From NCBI GenBank assembly GCA_029934175.1, contig JAOZMT010000001.1, forward strand, positions 19,286 through 83,285: DNA of 64,000 nt, given 5' to 3'. Source of the stretch: Victivallales bacterium (GTDB lineage: Bacteria; Verrucomicrobiota; Lentisphaeria; Victivallales; JAUVCU01). The notes under the pieces were generated by a model. The model saw nothing but the letters and a program-made list of their open reading frames with translations, searched no databases and had not been told where the DNA came from. A program made the translations under genes and the position numbers. Shown piece after piece: positions 58,932 to 64,000 of this stretch (position 1 is its first letter; every line of letters begins with the position of its first letter).

Positions 58932-59465
58932 TTATTCACCTTTGAAATTAATCTTTATATCACTTTCTATTTCATTGCCCCAACAATACCAACCAGCTCT
59001 CTTTCTTCTTGCAAATAATTCTAGCCTTGGTTTTGGACTAACTGGTTCTATCCATTCATATATTTCAATTGGCTTTTCACTATGTGCTTTAACTTTGGTT
59101 TGCAGAAAATTAGCCTTTTGGCAACGGAATGCTTTAACTTTTCCTTTTATTCCCAAAAGCAACATTTCAACTTGTCCTCTAAACCAAAATCCCATACCCA
59201 ATGACATAATCTTTCGCCAAAAGATAGCTGTTTTATATCTAAATCCCCATGTTTTCATAAGCTCCAATGCTTCAGGTAATAATGGAACGGTAGCCCAAAG
59301 CCATAAGATACAATCTTTATCTGCCAATTCATTTATTGGAAATGTCTTTAATTTTTCTAAACTTATAACAGGATATTTTTGAACCGCACTACTTTCCATT
59401 TGGAAACCTGTTCTCTCATTTTTGTATTGCCAAGGTGGATCTGCTAAAATTGTTCTGAATTTCAT
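58932..59465 (-). CDS. MT-A70-family N6-adenine DNA methyltransferase
   Basis: ILADPPWQY, LWLWAT, WGFRYKT..FW.K, HSEKP and ELFARR.R.GW.CWGNE. Confidence 0.88.
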   Translation of the reverse strand: MKFRTILADPPWQYKNERTGFQMESSAVQKYPVISLEKLKTFPINELADKDCILWLWATVPLLPEALELMKTWGFRYKTAIFWRKIMSLGMGFWFRGQVEMLLLGIKGKVKAFRCQKANFLQTKVKAHSEKPIEIYEWIEPVSPKPRLELFARRKRAGWYCWGNEIESDIKINFKGE

Positions 59466-59674
59466 ATTTTTTCAGCTAATAGTTTTTTAAGATATAATTT
59501 TGCTTCTTTGTCCAATTGTTCTTTATTTGTTTTATAAGCTTCTAAGACATTATTGAGTGTTATTTCAAAATCTCTTAATGCTTCTTTCAATGTTTTACCC
59601 GAACCCCATATTTTCAATTCATCACAATAGACGACATATTTATTGTTTTTTTTATATTTTTCCAATTTAATCAT
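59462..59674 (-). CDS. HicB-like / DUF1902-like small protein
   Basis: YVVYCDELKIWGSGKTLKEALRDFEITL resembles the HicB N-terminal fold signature. ATGA coupling to the methyltransferase gene. Confidence 0.4.
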   Translation of the reverse strand: MIKLEKYKKNNKYVVYCDELKIWGSGKTLKEALRDFEITLNNVLEAYKTNKEQLDKEAKLYLKKLLAEKI

Positions 59675-59807
59675 GCTTAATTAATCTACATCTAAAACAG
59701 ATTTTTGAAGGAAAAGATACATTTTTTTGTTTTCTTTTCCTAATGAGTCTTATCACAGGATGAGACCATTTATGGCCAAAAATAAAACATATAAATTTCT
59801 TATGCAT
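59667..59807 (-). CDS. small Cys/His protein (DUF1660-like GHKW .. CxRC)
   Basis: The start was moved to the ATG at 59807 (MHKKFICFIFGHKW...), which overlaps the upstream stop. Confidence 0.4.
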   Translation of the reverse strand: MHKKFICFIFGHKWSHPVIRLIRKRKQKNVSFPSKICFRCRLIKHD

Positions 59808-60039
59808 TATCAATGTTCTCCGATAGAATAGAAAGGACAATGCTAACAATTGAAATCAAAATGCTTATTACAAAACCAGCAGCTACTTTGGAAATATCAA
59901 GTCCTAAAGTATTTAATGCAAGTACAATTACTTCCGCAACCAAACAAATGCCCAAAACCAATGCAATAGGCCATGCTATTAAGGCAAGAGCGGTGAAAAA
60001 TAAATTGATTCCAGTAATTATTTGTTTTTTAGAAATCAT
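59800..60039 (-). CDS. membrane protein (2-3 TM)
   Basis: The start was moved to the GGAGG-supported ATG at 60039. Confidence 0.55.
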   Translation of the reverse strand: MISKKQIITGINLFFTALALIAWPIALVLGICLVAEVIVLALNTLGLDISKVAAGFVISILISIVSIVLSILSENIDNA

Positions 60040-60322
60040 TTTTGCCTCCACGATATAAAATTATAAGTATAAATAAAACTGTATGGAATAAAGCTGGAAT
60101 CAAATTTGCTACAAATAAATACCATAAATGGTTTATTAAACAACATAATCCATATAGAAAAAATGCAGTAAGCGATAATGCTAAAAATGGAATACTAAAT
60201 TCCTTAGAAGACTTTATTTTCAATGTCTTAATTATTTGAGGAATAGTTTCGACAGTCCACAATATACCTGCTAATAGGAATAACCACCAAAGTGTTAAAC
60301 TTGTATCATAAATCTTATCCAT
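60029..60322 (-). CDS. PQ-loop / SemiSWEET-like 3-TM membrane protein (possible holin role)
   Basis: 97 aa with three hydrophobic helices. ETIPQIIKTLKIKSSKEFSIPF matches the PQ-loop motif. Confidence 0.55.
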   Translation of the reverse strand: MDKIYDTSLTLWWLFLLAGILWTVETIPQIIKTLKIKSSKEFSIPFLALSLTAFFLYGLCCLINHLWYLFVANLIPALFHTVLFILIILYRGGKNDF

Positions 60323-60329
60323 AAACTTA

Positions 60330-60357
60330 TAATAAATTATTTTCCATTAAATGTCAA
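60330..60357 (-). promoter_or_regulatory. sigma70-type promoter TTGACA-N16-TTATTA
   Basis: Read on the - strand, upstream of the PQ-loop gene. It lacks the TG of the conserved family. Confidence 0.45.
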
Positions 60358-60467
60358 CTATTCTAAATAAGCATTCTGTTCACTAGCTATTAGCATGAAA
60401 TCATTTCCATCTTCATTAAGATACTCCAAAATTTTCTCTAATCTAGCGATTATTTCCAAAATTTTAA

Positions 60468-61124
60468 TTAAATTTTCCATAATAATCTTTCCTTTGTGGT
60501 TTTTAATGCTTCAAGATTAATATCACATCCGATAAATCTTCTTTTCATTTCTTGACACAAGACAACTACATTTCCACCACCTGTGAATGCATCTAAAACC
60601 AAATCGTTTTCTTTAGTTGTCATTTCTAAAATCCTTTTTACAACAGTTGGCGATATTTGTTCTTTATGATATAATTTGCCACGAGCACAATCATCCCATA
60701 AATCAGTCAAACCTTTTATTCTATTCCAATATTTAGGCGGCCTTTTTTTAGAAACCAACATTAAAATATTATAATGGTATGGAAGATATTTCCAAGACCA
60801 TCTAATTATGTTCTTAACACAAATGATATTTAAAACATCAAATTTATTTGAAAAATGTTTACTAAATTTATACATCATTATAGGTTGCCAAAAAACTGCT
60901 AGAATTCTATAAGGTTTTAAAATACGGTAAAATTCATTAGCTGTATCAAAAATAAATGTTTCTAATATTTCATCATTAGTTATTCTTTTATTATTTTTTA
61001 TTAAATAACTAAATGGATAATCAGCTATTATGCAATCTATACTTTCATTTTCAATTTCTTTAGTCAAATCTAATATATCGCTATGATAAATTTTCCCCAA
61101 TTTATTCTCAAAATATAATTTCAT
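60468..61124 (-). CDS. beta-class N4/N6 DNA methyltransferase with atypical motif IV (DYPF)
   Basis: N-terminal IIADYPF occupies the place of (D/S)PP(Y/F). C-terminal HKEQISPTVV and LDAFTGGGNVVV..RRFIGCDIN form the AdoMet motif I. Confidence 0.75.
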   Translation of the reverse strand: MKLYFENKLGKIYHSDILDLTKEIENESIDCIIADYPFSYLIKNNKRITNDEILETFIFDTANEFYRILKPYRILAVFWQPIMMYKFSKHFSNKFDVLNIICVKNIIRWSWKYLPYHYNILMLVSKKRPPKYWNRIKGLTDLWDDCARGKLYHKEQISPTVVKRILEMTTKENDLVLDAFTGGGNVVVLCQEMKRRFIGCDINLEALKTTKERLLWKI

Positions 61125-62008
61125 AATAGTTTTGGAACTACTCTTTTTAATCTTTCTTCGCCTATTTTACAATATTCTTCAAAAATATCAATACAAATGT
61201 AATTTCTTTTTAATAATTTAGCAGCTTTACAAGTTGTGCATGAACCTGCCAATGGGTCTAAAACTAAATCATCTTCATTAGTCCAAGTTCTTATATGATC
61301 AATAGCCAATTGTTCTGGAAATATAGCTGGATGTTTATATGCTATTTCATCTTTTGTAGAAAAACCATAACCAGTATTATATTTCCAGACGTTACGCCTA
61401 ATACTATATTCATGATAATTTATAAATTTTTTCCTAACTAACGTACCATCTTTCAATCTTTCACTTCGTTGTCCCCAAGGTTCTTTCCATTTTACTTTTC
61501 TATCCTTAATTGGATTAAATGTTTTTGGTGTTCCTTTTGAAATAACAAACATATATTCAAAGCATTGATAATATCTATTTTTCTCTGGAAAAGGCGCACT
61601 ATTTTTCATGTAAATCATTGTATCATGCAAATTGAAGCCAATTTCCTTAAAATATAATGCATATCTGAAAGATGTTCCAGATTCTGAACCATTTATTACT
61701 GCATCATTGCATACCCAAACTATTACACCACCGTCTTTCATTATTCTATATAACTCTTTGGACAATTGTTTAAATTTTTCAAAATTCCAGATTTTATTTA
61801 ATTCTTTTTCATTTGAAGTTTTGTAGAATCTAGTATTGTCGTAAGGGGGCGATGTAACGACTAAATCGATACATTCGTTTGGAAAAGTTTTCAATATTTC
61901 AACGCAATCGCCGCATATTATTTTGTTTTTTGTAAAATTCTTCATCGGCTTTGATGACACAGAGTAGGTTACAGGCATGTTTTGATATGCCTTCTTTAAT
62001 ACATTCAA
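61121..62008 (-). CDS. beta-class N4/N6 DNA methyltransferase (SPPY type)
   Basis: DLVVTSPPYDN, KHPAIFPEQL and LDPLAGSCTT..RNYICIDI. The track start at 62008 is TTG. Internal ATGs at 61978 and 61945 are alternatives, so the start is uncertain. Confidence 0.85.
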   Translation of the reverse strand: MNVLKKAYQNMPVTYSVSSKPMKNFTKNKIICGDCVEILKTFPNECIDLVVTSPPYDNTRFYKTSNEKELNKIWNFEKFKQLSKELYRIMKDGGVIVWVCNDAVINGSESGTSFRYALYFKEIGFNLHDTMIYMKNSAPFPEKNRYYQCFEYMFVISKGTPKTFNPIKDRKVKWKEPWGQRSERLKDGTLVRKKFINYHEYSIRRNVWKYNTGYGFSTKDEIAYKHPAIFPEQLAIDHIRTWTNEDDLVLDPLAGSCTTCKAAKLLKRNYICIDIFEEYCKIGEERLKRVVPKLL

Positions 62009-62088
62009 TAAAACATTTCTTATAAGTTTGTCTCCACAATTTATCCTTAGGTGCGTCAGGACTAAAAATAAAGTTTAAACAAACTAAA

Positions 62089-62301
62089 TTAATAATCAAA
62101 ATGATTCTCTTCATTATTTTGATTTGTGATTTTTAACATAGAATCCATAATTCTTTTTGCTTCTTCAAAATCAGTTGCAAAAACTATATATCTCTTATTT
62201 ATAGTATCATTTACCGCTTCGCAGTATGGGCCACTACCTGTATCATCGTTTGTTACAAAATAAATGTCATAATTCCTGTGAGTTCCTAAGAATTGTTTCA
62301 T
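62089..62301 (-). CDS. hypothetical protein
   Basis: 70-aa ORF with a GGAGG RBS. Confidence 0.6.
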   Translation of the reverse strand: MKQFLGTHRNYDIYFVTNDDTGSGPYCEAVNDTINKRYIVFATDFEEAKRIMDSMLKITNQNNEENHFDY

Positions 62302-62329
62302 TTTTACCTCCTAATCTTTCGATTTAACT

Positions 62330-62488
62330 TTATTTGTTTGAACGATTAAAAGATATTTCTCTTATGTTCTGTTTTAAATCATATCCTTGACCACTCCATT
62401 CGAAACCTAAATTTTCAAATGTCTGAATTATTTTCTTATCAAGTTCTTCGTCGATACTATCGTGAAAATACTTTACTATGAGTTTCAT
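62330..62488 (-). CDS. 52-aa hypothetical protein
   Basis: Not in the track. Its start overlaps the upstream stop (TAATG). Sequence MKLIVKYFHDSIDEELDKKIIQTFENLGFEWSGQGYDLKQ... Confidence 0.45.
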   Translation of the reverse strand: MKLIVKYFHDSIDEELDKKIIQTFENLGFEWSGQGYDLKQNIREISFNRSNK

Positions 62489-62706
62489 TATTTTTTACCT
62501 CCTATCTTTTGTTCGTAAATCATTTTCTTTTTCTTTTGTCTCTTATTTAATCTAATTGGCCCAAACAAATGTTTCATTTGATTCCAAATTTCATCAAATT
62601 TTTCTTTTTTACTTTTTTCCTTTTTTTTAATTATATACTTAATTTTGCCAAATTTAATTTCTCTTATTCCACCTTTGCCTACTCTTATCCTAGGATCAGT
62701 TTTCAT
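62488..62706 (-). CDS. highly basic small protein
   Basis: 72-aa Lys-rich ORF with no clear RBS. Confidence 0.45.
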   Translation of the reverse strand: MKTDPRIRVGKGGIREIKFGKIKYIIKKKEKSKKEKFDEIWNQMKHLFGPIRLNKRQKKKKMIYEQKIGGKK

Positions 62707-62723
62707 GTAAATATATTAATCAT

Positions 62724-63284
62724 TTAATCTCCATTTGTCAAGATGTCAAATTCTTCTGCTAAATACAATGATGTTAATTTAATATTCTTTTCGGCTAATT
62801 TTCGTTTGGCAATGCCATTTGATCTATCTATTACTGTAATGACTTTATTGACTTTATGTCCTAGTTTTTCCAATATATCTATTGCATTTAAAATAGAATT
62901 TCCTGTTGTAATAACATCATCAACAAGGTAAATTTTCAATCCTTTCATTAAGTAACCTTCTATTTGTTCTTCCAATCCATGATTTTTAGTTTTCGGTCTT
63001 ATATAAAAGCCATACATAAGATGACCTAAATCCCAACTTTTTAATATAATAGTAGATATTAATGGAATTGCACCTAAAGCCAAACCACCAATGCAACAAC
63101 AATTTTCCTTAATTAAGATATCTACTATTTGATTAATTATCAAATTGGCATATCTAGGATAAAAAAGAATTTTTTTAATGTTGAAATAGTAATTACTTTC
63201 CATTCCAGAAGAGAGTTTGACTTTTTTAAAGATTAACGCATTATTTTGAATAATTTGTTTCAAAAGATATTTCTCAAAATTCAT
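62724..63284 (-). CDS. type I phosphoribosyltransferase, orotate-PRTase (PyrE)-like
   Basis: PRPP loop IYLVDDVITTGNS. The N-terminus ALIF..V.LSSG..SNYYF and GGLALGAIPL resemble PyrE. Confidence 0.7.
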   Translation of the reverse strand: MNFEKYLLKQIIQNNALIFKKVKLSSGMESNYYFNIKKILFYPRYANLIINQIVDILIKENCCCIGGLALGAIPLISTIILKSWDLGHLMYGFYIRPKTKNHGLEEQIEGYLMKGLKIYLVDDVITTGNSILNAIDILEKLGHKVNKVITVIDRSNGIAKRKLAEKNIKLTSLYLAEEFDILTNGD

Positions 63285-63285
63285 T

Positions 63286-63837
63286 TTAAAATGGAAATCT
63301 ATTTATTAATTTTAAAATTCTGTTTAGCCAACCTTTCCCAAAAAATTTAAATTTCTTTAATTTCGTATAAAATTCTATTCTTTCTAATAAATATTCACAA
63401 CAAAAACGACATTTCATAACATCCAATAAAATATTTACAGTTGGAATAGTTTCTCTTTCACCAATGACTCCATCAACTTCAATCTTTCGAAATTTTAAAT
63501 CGCCATAATTTATTGGCATAAAGCTATTAATAGTCCTTTGCAATGTATAAATAGCTCTTTTCTTTCCAGCATTAACTGCAAAATCCATGACATAATAGTT
63601 AATTGGATAGTGAAGTTCTTTAATTTTTGATTTTATCCAATGATTTTCATAATAAAAATTATAAGCAATCTCTTTACATTTTTCTTTATCAAAATTTACT
63701 TCTTCAAATTTTTTAAAAATTTTAGGATGCCATTTTTGTGTAATACCATAAATAGTTAATCCCACATCATGAACATGATTTGAATAAAATCCTTCTGCTT
63801 CAACAATAAAATTAAAGATTTTATCAAAACTATTCAT
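63286..63837 (-). CDS. GH108-family lysozyme-like endolysin
   Basis: VEAEGFYSNHVHDVGLTIYGIT matches the GH108 N-terminal EGG-type motif. Also MDFAVNAG, LQRTIN, VDGVIGERT and a C-terminal F.GKGWLNR. The start was moved to the GGGAGG-supported ATG at 63837. Confidence 0.7.
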   Translation of the reverse strand: MNSFDKIFNFIVEAEGFYSNHVHDVGLTIYGITQKWHPKIFKKFEEVNFDKEKCKEIAYNFYYENHWIKSKIKELHYPINYYVMDFAVNAGKKRAIYTLQRTINSFMPINYGDLKFRKIEVDGVIGERETIPTVNILLDVMKCRFCCEYLLERIEFYTKLKKFKFFGKGWLNRILKLINRFPF

Positions 63838-64000
63838 ATTCTTCCTCCCAATACTCATCAATTTCCTGTTTTATTTTTATTTTTTCTTTTTTTCTATCGT
63901 ATTTAATCTTATTTTTATGAATCATCGTACCTTTATATGGTTTTTCTTCTGGAATCCTACTTCTTTTTAAAATTTTAACTAAATGTTCTCTTCTATTAGT
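63830..64000 (-). CDS. partial ORF running in from the right window edge (C-terminal 56 aa)
   Basis: The frame is open from nt 64000 to the TAG at 63830-63832. It overlaps the lysin start. Lys/Glu-rich. Confidence 0.35.
   Translation of the reverse strand, partial: TNRREHLVKILKRSRIPEEKPYKGTMIHKNKIKYDRKKEKIKIKQEIDEYWEEEYE

Noticed and set aside
61899-62114. 71-aa - strand ORF with a signal-peptide-like N-terminus, overlapping the 5' end of methyltransferase 61121-62008.
   Set aside because: It has no RBS, and it overlaps both the upstream gene end and the methyltransferase start region. It might be real only if the methyltransferase starts at 61945. This is left unresolved.
23673-62931. + strand track ORFs antisense to the leftward genes (23673-23873, 24313-24609, 26329-26517, 26590-26919, 27250-27444, 28347-28622, 29106-29306, 30722-31045, 35144-35596, 35715-35900, 36962-37252, 38821-39114, 41829-42110, 44159-44455, 57252-57614, 58942-59382, 59813-60058, 60042-60239, 61632-61826, 62743-62931), plus - strand ORFs antisense to rightward genes (48964-49167, 56545-56760) and the + strand ORF 55092-55292.
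   Set aside because: All overlap stronger genes on the other strand that have conserved motifs or RBSs. They are hydrophobic, low-complexity shadow frames.
1-64000. Alternative genetic code (stop-codon reassignment) as an explanation for the 10-kb ORF.
   Set aside because: TAA, TAG and TGA are all used as terminators of well-supported genes (for example TAG at 2012, TAA at 16299 and TGA at 16534). Gene boundaries fit RBS positions under the standard code.

Overview
All calls come from reading the sequence and the ORF track. No database or structure search was run, so every family name rests on recalled motifs.

The window is strongly AT-rich and gene-dense. It reads as one contiguous piece of a tailed bacteriophage or prophage genome. 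It uses the standard bacterial code (TAA, TAG and TGA all end ORFs), canonical AGGAGG ribosome-binding sites, sigma70-type promoters and rho-independent terminators.

**Layout**
- **1-21.6 kb, + strand: tail, baseplate and fibre module.**
  - It opens with a 5'-truncated tape-measure-like ORF.
  - It contains a 3363-aa modular fibre/adhesin built from DUF2341 plus LamG-like cassettes, three BNR-type propellers, a short-period repeat shaft and a hub-like C-terminus.
- **21.6-45.0 kb, - strand: early/middle arm.** It is driven by at least 9 copies of one 28-bp promoter (TTGACW-N13-TGATTATTA). It encodes:
  - LonA protease and an SNF2 helicase;
  - Ku, a metallophosphoesterase and a minimal ATP-dependent ligase;
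  - an HTH-AAA+ ATPase paired with a metallopeptidase-vWA protein;
  - an amidoligase / Ntn-amidotransferase / SprT-like protease / ATP-grasp cassette.
- **45.03-45.56 kb: divergent control region** with iteron-like repeats.
- **45.5-54.0 kb, + strand: arm of small genes.**
  - It starts with a second, diverged amidoligase-amidotransferase pair and includes an ArdC-like gene.
  - It is split into short transcription units by terminator, repeat-array and promoter blocks; some of the repeat arrays have a 19-bp period.
- **54.0-54.65 kb: non-coding stretch** with a GC-rich island.
- **54.65-64 kb, mostly - strand:**
  - tRNA-Ser(UGA) and tiny hydrophobic and acidic peptide genes;
  - three DNA methyltransferases, a PD-(D/E)xK nuclease and a DUF4338-like protein;
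  - a PQ-loop membrane protein, an orotate-PRTase-like enzyme and a GH108-type lysin.

The track misses many ORFs under 60 aa that have good RBSs or ATGA/TAATG coupling. Several track start codons were moved to RBS-supported ATGs.

**Most interesting candidates**
- the duplicated amidoligase system;
- the nested-domain giant fibre;
- the iteron-rich intergenic cassettes;
- the phage-borne Ku-nuclease-ligase kit.
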